Positions 1 to 11,135 of a DNA stretch of 64,000 nt are shown piece by piece. The DNA is from Sphaerodactylus townsendi (taxonomy: Eukaryota). The number at the start of each line of letters is the position of its first letter. Position 1 is the first letter of the stretch. Where the stretch lies: the NCBI RefSeq assembly GCF_021028975.2, contig NC_059434.1, forward strand, positions 64,914,001 to 64,978,000, in the 5' to 3' direction. A program made the translations under genes and the position numbers. Below the pieces are notes generated by a model that saw only the letters and a program-made list of their open reading frames with translations, ran no database searches and was not told where the DNA came from.

Positions 1-529
1 TACAGCCAAGTCAAACTATTTTCATATGAACATGATTTGATGGGATTCAGTTTTATGGTTTGCACTGGCATAAATTGATGACTAAATATATTTTAAGGAA
101 ACCCTTAGTGACTTGGTACCCTAATGAATTACAAATATAATTTCCTACTGTAGATATTTGGAGTGGAATGAAAACTTATAGTAGTTCCTTAATGAAGGTT
201 TAAGGCTTTGTTAGATGGGAGTGTAAAAGCCAAAGCAGTAAATGGAGCAGTAATGGATGGAAACAGCATCCACAAGCCCCACTACCATTCCACCAACTCT
301 ACTGTCACAACCAACCCTGCTCCTCCTTCTGCTCCTTCTTTTCCTGCTTGCATATTGTGCAATGGACATCCTGAAAACTGCCTTTAAATAACTCCACCAT
401 CCACCAAGTCATAGCAGTATAGCACAGCTTGATAAAAAGGAGGGCTTTACAGAAGTGAGAGATTGTGAAGTTTAGTAATGTCATGTTGAACATGGAGCTC
501 AGCTCTGCCCCGCCCCCCTTGTAATGGCT

Positions 530-672
530 AATAGGTTTCCAGGAAAGTGATTAAGCAAAGGGGTTCACCACTCCTTCTGCAAAGTTTTTCTTGGCTGTCT
601 CTCATCTACGAACCAACCTGCTCAGATTCCAAAATATGATGAGCTTGGCTATACTATACCATTCCATCTCCC
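530..672 (-). mobile_element. Degraded 5S rRNA-derived SINE
   Basis: Minus strand reads as a decayed 5S-like head (…ctgagcaggttggttcgtagatgagagacagccaagaa…) then a BovB-like tail, paralleling the better copy at 17395-17990. Confidence 0.4.
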
Positions 673-855
673 CAGTCACATAATTTCCCATTTACTCAAA
701 AAAAAGGAAGCTTATATTTTCTCCAGAATAAATGGAAAAAAATTGGATTGATATGAGGCATGTCTATATTGGGCATATAGTCAGTTGGATGTTCCTCTTT
801 TCTGCCGTCCATTTGGGGGAAAAGTTCTGTTAGGAAAGATAAAATAGCTGTTCAC

Positions 856-1343
856 CAGGGGCAAAGCTACAAGGGGGCCAGGGGTTACGTGTCGCACCGG
901 GCACGTGCCTGGGGTGCGCGCGCAAAAATTCAGGTGTATTTTTTTTGTAATTTTTAGTGTTTTTTCAGTTTTTGGCCTGAAGGGGGTGCAGTTTTTAGTC
1001 TAGCAGCACCAACATTTCAGGGTATCTTCGAGAGACTCTCCTGATGATACCAGCCAGTTTTGGTGAGGTTTGGTTCAGGGAGTCCAAAGTTATGGACTCC
1101 CAAAGGGGGTGCCCCCATCCCCCATTGTTTCCAATGGGAGCTAATAGGAGATGGGGGCTACACCTTTGAGGGTACATAACTTTGGACCCCCTGAACCAAA
1201 CCTCACCAAACCTGGGTGGTGTCATCATTCAAAAACTGAAAAAACATTAAAAATACCAAAAAAAACCACAAACAAACATGGGGAGCACCGCCTGCAAAAT
1301 TCAGATTTTGCACCGGGCTCCATTTTCCCTAGCTATGCTTCTG
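856..1343. mobile_element. Non-autonomous hAT transposon (MITE)
   Basis: Perfect 8-bp TSD CTGTTCAC (848-855 and 1344-1351); imperfect TIRs CAGGGGCAAAGCTA / TAGCTATGCTTCTG; internal sequence shared with 54507-55576. Confidence 0.9.
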
Positions 1344-1592
1344 CTGTTCACAATCTATGTCTATAAATGTGAAATACCACTGACTGACTCACTGACTCAT
1401 CAAAAGAACTCAAAAACCACCTAACCTACAAAGTTGAAATTTGGCACACGAGTTCATTATGTGGTTTAGGCGCTCACTAAGAAAGGATTTTTCAAAATAT
1501 TCAGTTTTACTTGAGTTATTACACATTTACTGTTGAACTCTGGCCATCTGCATTACTGCTGAACTCTGGCCATCTGCACAAACATTCTAAAG

Positions 1593-2580
1593 GTGACAGT
1601 TGAAAACTTGCTTGTCAAGCTAAAGGATGGAGTACAGGGAGTAAAAATGATTCATTTCACAGGAGATTTTAATGAAGAGCACTTTCTACTTCCATGTGTC
1701 GAATTGACAAGTTCTGATAATGCCCACCAAACAACAAGCACAATTGAGACAATGGTGGCCCAGCTGGATTCTACCACCGACCTCTTCACCGCATACAAAT
1801 CTGTTCCTTCTGTTGAAACAGCTAAAGGGAGGAGAGGGATTAAATGCAGAAAGCGATTTACAAATTCGATTTCAAAAAGACAAGTAAGGGAAGCTGCTGC
1901 AAAATATGCGAAAAACAACCCAGAAGTTCACAGACAGGCTATGATGAGGTATGCTGAATGTCACCCTAAAGTTAATAGAGAAGCTGTGATGAAGTATGCT
2001 GAATGTCACCCCAAAGTTCATAGAGAGGCTCTGAAAAAGTATTCCTCTAACAACCCTAATGTTAACCAGACCGCTACAGCCAAATACAATAAAAAAATTC
2101 CAAATCAAATTATCACCTTGGACTAAAAAATATTTGTCAGGTTTTGAATATGGATCTCACATTGATTACTGTGGAGACAAGGTGATTGATCTCGGACTTC
2201 GATCGCCCTGTGTTTGGTGTCATGCTCTGAAGTGGCGGGATGAGCTCCCAGGAATGTGCTGCAGTGGTGGTAAAGTTCAGCTCCTTGCCATTCAACCCTA
2301 CCCTGAACCTCTTCACAGCCTTCTCACGCATCAGCATCCAATGGCAGAACTCTTTCTTTTACTTCCTGGAAATACAATGGACGTTTCCAAATGACGTCTT
2401 TTGGAACCCGAGAGGTGAAAGAGAGCAATTTCATGCCAACATTCAAAGTGCAGGGACAGGTCTACCACAGGATAAAAGCCTCATGACAGGTCTACCACAG
2501 GATAAGAAGCCCCAGCAGCAGCCGTCATTTCTTCAGATATACTTTGTTGGGGGTGATAACAATGAAAGGGACATTCAGAG
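1593..2580 (+). pseudogene. Frameshifted Helitron Rep/Helicase N-terminal region
   Basis: CVWCHALKWRDELPGMCCSGGKVQL..PYPEPLHSLL (zinc-binding motif); in another frame YNGRFQMTSFGTREVKESNFMPTFKVQGQVYHRI (~2372-2475); then PSFLQIYFVG. These are typical Helitron N-terminal motifs. Rep catalytic and helicase domains are absent. Confidence 0.88.
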
Positions 2581-2719
2581 TGCTCCAGAGTTGGTTCACC
2601 TGACAGCTTGGTCATCCTTCAACCAGAGAGAAAAATCAAGAATATTGTTTACAGGGAAGTTTTGAGCACTTAATCTGTGGGAGAAATGAAAACTGTACGC
2701 TGAACAAGTTATTAGTATG

Positions 2720-3530
2720 TGTCCGGGTGCGGGGGTAGCCCCGACCCCCTCCCCGGCCTCGCGCCCGCACCCCACCCTGGCCGCGGGCCCCGGAGACGGC
2801 TCCCCGGTGGCGCGGGAGGCGGCCGGGCACGAAAAGCCCCGCCGCCGCAACGACCGATCAGGGGATCGCCCCACACCTCTTCTGGCCGGCGGAGCGTGCG
2901 GAGGCTCCGCCGACGAAGATCGCGTCGTTGGTCGACCAGCAGGCAAGCCGGGCGACGAAGAGCCCCGCCGCGGCGGCTGCAAGGCCAAAGCCGCGCCAGG
3001 CGGGGGAGAACAGCTGAGCCCTCTTGGGCTAATGGAGGTGGCCGGGAGCGCAGCTGCGGCGAGGCGGCGTCTTCAACCCCGGCCCCAATGAGCGAGGGGA
3101 TAAAAGGGAGGAAGTCCGGTAGGCAGGGGATGGTGATTGAGGACGGGGAGGAGGGAAGGTGTGGGATGGTGTGCACGGGAGGAGAGCTGGGAAGAGTTGG
3201 AGAAAGGCAGGGAAGAGATGGAGAAAGGCAGGGAAGTGTGCTGGGGGAGGAGCCCTGGAGGTGGAGTCGGGACGGAGACGAGAGGGCACGGTCCAGGGAA
3301 AGGCTATCAAGGCAAGGGCTGGCAGGGAGGCATCCCTGTTTACCTTGCCTAGGGTTCTGCAGACCTCGGGACACCCGTGGGTAGCTGGGGCATCCTGTGG
3401 CTGAGACGGCTGTCTCAGTTAGTCCACTCCCCGGAGAACGGGAGTGAGGCCGGCGGTTCCAGCAGCCGGGCGGGGGAAGGTGGGTTGGCAGAGCGGGTCC
3501 CGGAGGGGACCCCGCCCCGGGCGCAGGACA
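2720..3530 (+). mobile_element. GC/CpG-rich solo LTR inserted in the Helitron
   Basis: TGTCC...GGACA termini; 5-bp TSD GTATG (2715-2719, 3531-3535); CCAAT followed by GATAAAA (TATA-like) at ~3085-3105 suggests + orientation. Confidence 0.85.
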
Positions 3531-3702
3531 GTATGGCTACGTAGACCACAAAGCTAGGGGTGGTGATTATTTGCCTTTTAATGTTTTATCCTGTGACAGA
3601 AACTCATCCTACCGTTTGTAAATAGTTAATACTGTTTATGAATTCATTACATTTGAAACTTTCACGGTATTTTTAATCAGGTAACTTTTATATTTTCACT
3701 AT

Positions 3703-4221
3703 GGCCCTTTCCGCACGGGCCTTTTACAGTGCTCTAGGAACGGCAAAAACGCTGTACCTAGGGAGCTGTTAGCATGGGGGGGTGCAGCTGCATTGCAGCC
3801 GTGCCGCCCTCGCTCCCCCCCAGTGGTGCGAAGCCGCTGTTTCCAAACCTTGCTCCCCGAGCAAGGTTTTCTGGAAACAGCGGCTTCTAGCCACTGCCGT
3901 GCAAACGGCAGCGGTTGGAAGGCGCCATCCCCCCTTTTCCGATCGACTTACCTTCCCTGTGACCTTCCGGCACATCGCCGAGGCCGGGGAACATGCCCCC
4001 CTGCCCTGCGACTCTGGAGTGGTTGCGCAGGGCAGGGGGGCGTGTCCCCTGGCCTCGGCGACATGCCAGAAGGTCGCCGGGAAGGTAAGTTGATCGGGCA
4101 ATGGCGCAGTGCTACGCCGTCTTCCCTGTCTTTACCGGGACCATTCGTGCGAACGGTCCCGGGGGGTTGACGGCATCATATACGCCGACACCCTCCCCAG
4201 CGTGGCCATGCAGAAGCGGCC
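3703..4221. mobile_element. PIF/Harbinger-like MITE nested in the Helitron
   Basis: TIRs GGCCCTTTCCGCAC / ATGCAGAAGCGGCC; flanks TAT/TAA; long internal hairpins. Confidence 0.7.
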
Positions 4222-4439
4222 TAAGTTTTAGTATTCTCAGTGTTTTTAAAGGATCTTTATTTTTATGAATTCCTTAAATTGCAACCTTTATGGGTATTTT
4301 TATGCCGTATGTGTTATATTTTCAGTATTTTTCCAGTATGTATATTTTTTATGAATTCATGCCATTTCAAACTTCATGGGTAATTTTGTCAGGTACTTTT
4401 CATATTTTTAGTATATTTCAGTAGTTTCAGGTTTTTTGC

Positions 4440-4665
4440 CATGCAAGGGAAGGGGAGGGAGTGAGGGGTGGCATGTAAGGGAAGGGAGGGAAGGGGACGG
4501 GCCCAGCATCTGGACATGGCCCACTCACCCTAGCAAAGGGAGGGGAGGGCAAGGAGTGAGGGCTGTCATGCAAGGGAAGGGGAGGGAGTGAGGGGTGGCA
4601 TGCAAGGGAGGGAAGTGAGTGAGGGGTGGCATGCAGGGGAGGGAAGGGAAGAGGAGAGGAGAGGG
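4440..4665 (+). repeat. Purine/G-rich minisatellite in the Helitron 3' region
   Basis: Repeated units resembling gcaagggaaggggagggagtgaggggtggcat. Confidence 0.75.
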
Positions 4666-5311
4666 CATTTTTTGTAATCTCTGTAGCGAAGCACGGGTAT
4701 CCTGCTAGTTCAAAATAACCATGTTCCTCATTCACAGTCAAGATTATGTGTAAAGCATTTACTGAAAGTTATGGGAAATAACTACAAAAGTCATCATCAT
4801 GTTTATTATTGCAGATGGGTTGTCACTTCTTAATTTTCATCAGTAATTTACATTTTTACATTTGATAAAAAGGAGGGCTTTGTTTTTATTTAAACAATAC
4901 ACAACTTTATTAAAGGAATAGGTTGTGATTCATGTAAGGAGTGGAGTGGTTATAGTCCATTCCTTTTTGGGCCCAAGGAAAATTCAAAAGGAGAGCCAGC
5001 TGAGATGATTCCCTGACCCCATTCAACTGGCTCACTCTTCAAATGTATCTGATGTGAAATTGTCCCTATTGTAGGGGCAGATGAACATAGGATGTGTTTC
5101 CTATTGGAACACCCGCCATGGTTCCATGATTGTTTTCACTGTCACAATCAATAGCTCCACATCTTGTAGTGTTTTGCCATCCTCATCCCAGGTTTCTGTT
5201 CATAAACTTTACCTATTTCTAATGAAGCCTGAATATACAAGAGAGATGGAAGCATTTTCCTGGTGTATAACACTCACAGCACATTTAGTTTGGGATTACT
5301 TTCCTTATACT

Positions 5312-5432
5312 ATCTGACCAAGGGGTTTTGACACTTGACAACTATAACTGAAAATCCTGTGGGTCTCTAAGGTACTACTGGACTGAAATCTAGCTCTTCC
5401 ACTGCAAACTAACATGACTGTCCTCTTAAAAC
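5312..5432 (+). mobile_element. Degraded Penelope-like element terminus
   Basis: ggtctctaaggtactactggact...actaacatgactgtcctc resembles the recalled reptile Penelope/Neptune end motif. Confidence 0.5.
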
Positions 5433-6501
5433 TTGATTGTGACTGTTTTGAATGTTCCCTTGCCCCCTCCCCCAACTAGGATGTGGCCACTGTGAGACTT
5501 TTCTGTCCTGCAACACATCTTCTAGATAGAGTTGTAATTTTCTGCTGTCTTACTGAAGATATCCTCTCAAACATTAAGTCCCTAAGTCAAGCAGGTCCAA
5601 GAAATGGATTCCTGTGCCCTGGAGTTTATTGGGTAGCCCTTGAGAAAGGCACTGTCTCTCAGAAGTTTGGCAAAAACACTACCTACATCTGCATATAAGG
5701 AAGGTGGAATGCAAATTCATAAAACTGAGAGAAAGGGAAAAAATGAAATCAACTAGTTTTCTCTAAAGTATATTTGCTGCCATCTGTTGACTTTTACAAG
5801 GCCTTCTAATCTCACAACTGAAATGCAACTAGATTATGATATGCTAGTCACGCAGTATGCTCTTATAACGGATATTTTCCAATTAGCCATTAGGAATTAC
5901 AACCCATATGCTTCCCTTGGGTATTTAAAAGGTGTAGAAAAGACATAAAAATCTAGAAAAGACTAAAATCTAAGAGTATATTAAACTGCACAAGGAAAAA
6001 TAATATTTCTAATTAAATTCACTGAAGCAAGAAATTTCGTATTGTGCATTTGGGAATCCAAAGTTCTTTCAATTTCAACATGGCTTTGCCAGTTTACCTT
6101 GACCCTGCAGAGTTAAAATCCACTATGTTACTTTCTATGGTTTGAAGATATGAGCACAGCATTGACTAATAAAACAGCCATGTCTCTGTCACATAAGAGT
6201 AGATCAGACATCAGTTTGACTGGCAGGCATCACAGCATTTCTTGAGGATGACTGTAAAAGCTGAAAGCTGCGTATCTGGCTAACATCTGACTTTTTCTGC
6301 CATGAGTAAGGCTACCTTTGTCGACTGTTTTTATCTGACTCAAGGCTAACCTAAATGTGACAGCAATGGAAAAATGTTTATTTCTTCTTGCCCGGTGGTC
6401 TGTTCACATCTACAGCAGGGGTGTGGTATCTTATACTAACAGCCAAGTAGTTGTCTGGAATAGAAGCACTTGAACCTTCCCAAACACACCCACATATGCC
6501 T

Positions 6502-7438
6502 GGGTTCAGTCCGGGACACTGAAAAAGATTTCACCAATGCCTGGCCCACTTCGCAAAGGCCAAAAACAGTGCCCCTGGAACAGTAAAAGCACAGTTGGGT
6601 TCTCTTGGGTTGGAGGCGTCGCTTTTAGGTGCCTCTTATTTTTTCTACACTTACCTTTCTACATGCCCATGCTGCCCTTTGACCCCTGGAGGTTGGAGGG
6701 CAGTGTGACCGTGTCTCCTTGTCCCTGTGTAACCCCTGTGTCAGAATGGGATGACCCAGAAAGGGGTGGAGTCTGAAAAGAAGCAGAATGCTGCAGAACT
6801 CATGAGGTTGGAGGAAGCAAGGCTACCAGGCTGGGACCTTGATTGATTTTATTAAGCCCTTAACACCTTGTTTAAGGTAACTGCAATGTTGTGGGGAACT
6901 AGTGGGAAGGGAGTTTATTTTTTTTGCTATATTTTAAATGTTAGAATTTATTGTTTCAGGGTTTTTGTGTATGTAAATGGTGAGAGTTTTCTGGGAACCT
7001 TCATCATCTTGAATCCTGTTCACCAAGCCTTTGAAGTCTTCAAAACCAACCACCAGCAAAGAAGAATTGGACTTGGCAATATCAGTAGACTGTAAATATA
7101 AGGACTTGAAATGCAAACCTGAACAGGACCTTGAATTGTAAATGTTAAATGTTGATGTTTAATGTTATTTGTAAAGAGAAGTAAACTGTTTTGTTTAAAT
7201 TTGGTTCTTTGCAACTCCTTCCAAGTACTGCCCCACAGAACCCACAAGCTGAGGTTACACCTGCGGAGCTCTGCAGGGAGAGAAGGTAAGTGTGGGGAAA
7301 CAAAATGGAGGCACCTCCCTGCGGAAGTGCCTCCATGGGCTGCAGCTGCTCTGGGGAGCATGAGAACGGCCATGAGGCCACAGTGGCATCATGTGTGCCG
7401 GTGTGCAGCTGCTGTAGTGGCCCATGCAGAGTGAGCCC
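6502..7438. mobile_element. Possible Harbinger-like element hosting solo LTR A
   Basis: Imperfect TIRs GGGTTCAGTCCG / CAGAGTGAGCCC, similar to the GGCTCATTCCGCAC MITE ends seen elsewhere in the window. Confidence 0.35.
6728..7259 (+). mobile_element. Solo LTR, copy A
   Basis: TGTAAC...GTTACA termini; 4-bp TSD CCTG (6724-6727, 7260-7263); homologous to 19589-20154 and 26506-27031. Confidence 0.92.
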
Positions 7439-8307
7439 CTGTTGGGAACTCTGGAGAGCCATTCTCTGTTAGAGATCACTGGGCTAAATAGATAAGCTTC
7501 CTAACTGATATAAGACAGCATCATATGTATATAAATACATTTAAAAAGGTTTTCAATCCCATATAATTATGAACAGTTTAGATGTACCCTTATAATTCAC
7601 TAAGGGATTGAAGGGCCAATAATGAACCCCCAACCATTAGGCACGCAGGACTCTTGAAGTGAGTTCTACATGCCCATTGGAGGGTGACATTTTATCCACT
7701 GCCTGCCCACACCATCCCAGAAGTGCTCCCCCATCCCAAACAACAAGCTGGCCCACTAGGGCAGTGGCAGGTAGCTACATGCTGCCCAGCCAGTCAGACC
7801 CAAGCCTTTCAACTCCCCTGTCTGCCCATTTGCAACTACCCAATCTGCTGCAAATCCAAGATCTGCAAGAAACTGCCCATTTTCCCACCCGCTGTCTCCC
7901 ACCCCCTGAAAGACAAGCTTGGCCAGCAGAGCCTTACTACCTGCTGCCCACTGATTCTGCCACTGACACCCTGAACAGTTATTGCCAATTAGAACAGACA
8001 CTGCTGAGCAGGTCCAGTGACCTAACTCAGCATGCAGCTGGTTAGAGTCACAAACATCTCCATACTGTAGCTTTGTCTTTTTTCCTTCATTCCTGTTATA
8101 CAGACAAGCCAGAGTTAGATGGGGAGGGGCATTTCTAAGTGCCCTATCAGTCATAATCTTGATGCAGCCCCTGTTTTGATTTCATCAGCACCACCCTAAA
8201 CTCATCAAGGGTGCTCCTAGGTCTTAATCCAATCAAATATTTTTCCACAGCAATGTCAGTGCCTGGGGACAGAACTTTGCTTTGTCCTTGGAAGATTGCC
8301 TCTTGTA

Positions 8308-8370
8308 TCAGAGCCCCTTGGGGATGGGGCGGTATATAAGCTTAAAAAAATAAATAAATAAAAATAAATA
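8308..8370 (+). mobile_element. L2-type LINE 3' tail
   Basis: gagccccttggggatggggcggtatataa followed by (TAAA)n. Confidence 0.6.
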
Positions 8371-8837
8371 CTGACCCCCAGCTACTCTGAAACAGCTTAC
8401 TAAAGCTCTCTTTCTAATTGGTAATTTATTGTCATAAAATTTAAAATGAATTTGGATTAAAATGTGAATTTTAACCTTGCACAAAAATAAGGTTGTTTGA
8501 CACGTACTTTTTATTTATTTATTCTATCCTGTTTTGACTGTATTATTTCTAAGTGCTTTTAGTATTTACAGAGTCTGGGGATCTGATAATCTATTTTATC
8601 ACTACAAATGAACTCATTAAATCTGAACAGTAATAATCCCACAGCTCATTAGAAGAAAGCTCACTGAGATAATGGGCAAAGGATTAATATAAAAGCCACA
8701 AAATGAATACAAAATTTTTATATTTGACACATTGAAGACATTTATGAATATGCTAGATTGTAATTTATTAAAATTGTTTATTACAATTGTTATTGCAATA
8801 ACATTGTTTATTAACATTTACTAACCTTGTTTTAAAC

Positions 8838-9408
8838 GTAAGAACATAAGAACAAGCCAGCTGGATCAGACCAGAGTCCATCTAGTCCAGCTTTCTGCTA
8901 CTCGCAGTGGCCCACCAGGTGCCTTTGGGAGCTCACATGCAGGATGTGAACGCAATGGCCTTCTGCGGCTGTTGCTCCCAAGCACCTGGACTGTTAAGGC
9001 ATTTGCAATCTCAGATCAAGAGGATCAAGATTGGTAGCCATAAATCGACTTCTCCTCCATAAATCTGTCCAAGCCCCTTTTAAAGCTATCCAGGTTAGTG
9101 GCCATCACCACCTCCTGTGGCAGCATATTCCAAACACCAATCACACGTTGCGTGAAGAAGTGTTTCCTTTTATTAGTCCTAATTCTTCCCCCCAGCATTT
9201 TCAATGAATGCCCCCTGGTTCTAGAATTGTGAGAAAGAGAGAACAATTTCTCTCTGTCAACATTTTCTACCCCATGCATAATTTTATAGACTTCAATCAT
9301 ATCCCCCCTCAGACGTCTCCTCTCCAAGCTAAAGAGTCTCAAACGCTGCAGCCTCTCCTCATAAGGAAGGTGCTCCAGTCCCTCAATCATCCTCGTTGCC
9401 CTTCTCTG
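8838..9408 (-). mobile_element. Young CR1 LINE 3' fragment (ORF2 C-terminus plus 3' UTR)
   Basis: Open frame 9025-9390 (GLEHLPYEERLQRLRLFSLERRRLRGDMIEVYKIMHG...RTRGHSLK...FFTQRVIGVWN.LP) is the CR1 ORF2 C-terminus; ends in a TTCTTATG-type tail; possible TAAAC TSD. Confidence 0.95.
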
Positions 9409-9454
9409 TAAACCGCTCTGAGCCCTCTGGGGGTTGAGCGGTCTATCAAATTGA

Positions 9455-9524
<70 letters not shown>
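9409..9524 (+). repeat. L2-type tail with expanded (TAA)n microsatellite
   Basis: taaaccgctctgagccc...gagcggt then about 22 TAA units (9457-9524). Confidence 0.85.
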
Positions 9525-9744
9525 GTTGCCTTTAAAAATTATTCTCTGGAAAAAATTAGTGTACTGTCTAATATTTATATAATGTTATTAAAATTTTCTA
9601 TAGCTTGCCTTTCCCATGTCAGTTCAAGGCAATGTGCAACATTTCATTTAAAAATTCAATTATTTAAAAGCAGCAATATCTTTACTACCTGAAATATTCA
9701 TACCTCCTTAAATGTACAGTGAACAGTGCCATCTTGAAGTATTT

Positions 9745-10125
9745 AATTTTCTTTTTAAAGTATTATTTATTTTGTACATGTAGACAACATGTACAGAAAA
9801 ATAAAAATAAGAAGTCCAAATCTGGCCTCCTGTCCTCCCCCCAGTAATAATAATAAAAGGGGGAAAAATCACAAATACACGTTCCTACCCATCCTTATGG
9901 TTCCATGCTTATGGTTAATATCTGCATTTTTTTCATTGTTAGTCCTTTTTATAAAACTACTTTAGTTCAATACACTGTTTCTTTTAAATCGGGAATCCTG
10001 CCATTATTTCTCTATTTGCATATGTTTTCATTAAGTAGTCTGCAAAGGATTTCCAATCTTTATCAAAATTTTCCATATTCTTGTCTTTCATAAATGCCAT
10101 CTCTGCATATTCTAAGGTGCAATCC
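9745..10125 (-). mobile_element. L1/Tx1-like LINE 3' fragment
   Basis: Minus-strand translation LEYAEMAFMKDKNMENFDKDWKSFADYL resembles the squamate L1 ORF2 C-terminus; followed by an AT-rich 3' UTR. Confidence 0.6.
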
Positions 10126-10189
10126 TACTCCCAGGAAAGTGATTGAATCCCTAAAGATCTCTTTCTATAGCAGTTTCCTTTTGCTTGCC

Positions 10190-10518
10190 TTTGGAGTGTC
10201 CAGCTGCTGATATGGTGCCCCCTTACTGCCCTGCCCCTAGGGCAGTTACATCAGGGTCCCCTCATATTGAGGGGTCCTGCCATCCCCCCCCATGGGGGTA
10301 GGTTTTAAATTGGGGTCGGACGCCTTTTATTATGTATTATGGTTTTTTGCTGTTTTATGAGTTTTAAGCTATTTTATGGATTACTATTAATGTTTGTTAC
10401 CGCTGTTTTAAAGATTTTAGTGACTTGTTTTACCATGTTTTATGCTGTACACCGCCCAGAGCCCCTGGAGGATGGGGCGGTATAAAAGTTTAATAAATAA
10501 AATAAATAAAATAAATAA
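10190..10518 (+). mobile_element. L2-type LINE 3' UTR and tail
   Basis: T-rich UTR, tgtacaccgcccagagcccctggaggatggggcggtataaa, (TAAA)n. Confidence 0.7.
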
Positions 10519-11135
10519 GAACAGGGTACTCACTCAGGTTCCTATTCTTAAATACACACAGCAGAAATAGATCACAGCTAAGGTTGGGCAAGAAGTTTCA
10601 TGGCGATTTGGTGGTGAGGGGCCAGTTTGAAGTTTTGATGGGGACACCCAGGGAGAAAGTTCACAGGGTTTCACTTCTGTCAATTGCCCACCATCAGACA
10701 CAGAAATCCTCCTTCATTTCCACCCACCTGTATGCCTCCTTCCTGCTTGTGTGTCCTTCTTTTGTCTACTAATATAATTCGGCATTTCCTTGGGCAGTGG
10801 AGGCTAGTCCGTTATGACAAATTGGGCAGTGCTCCACTAATTAAGGCTGCTGCCTTTGCCTGCCTGCAACCTTACTACCCTCACAGGAGACTACAAGGGG
10901 TTGCAAGCTAACAGCTAAATGAGCTGTTTCCTGTCTTTGTTTAATTCAGTACTACATGTCTCTTATTGCAGACAAGAAAGGTTTTTATTCCCCTTTAAAC
11001 CAGGCCCATCAACACAAGTATATTAGTCTATTGGGTAAGGAGCTAGACCTATTTGATCCCCTAATTCCATGACTTTGCAATCAATCTATAACAGTCACCT
11101 CCAATGAGTGTAGTATCTCTTTAAATCCTCCACTG

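Larger units (their letters stand above)
1354..4708 (+). mobile_element. Helitron (internally deleted, both termini present)
   Basis: Starts TC (1354) after host A and ends CTAG (4705-4708) before host T, no TSD; subterminal hairpin-like motif ctgtagcgaagcacggg (4681-4697); Rep/Hel coding remnants inside. Confidence 0.9.

Noticed and set aside
2596-3404. Several overlapping 120-220 aa ORFs suggesting a captured gene or first exon
   Set aside because: Low-complexity Arg/Pro/Gly products on both strands, almost entirely within a TSD-bounded GC-rich LTR
3531-3550. TGGCTACGTAG after the LTR as a primer-binding site, or its reverse complement as a 5S rRNA start
   Set aside because: GTATG is the TSD; the remainder matches no tRNA 3' end I know; the 5S similarity covers only ~14 nt
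9025-9390. 121-aa ORF as a host gene
   Set aside because: It is the CR1 ORF2 C-terminus
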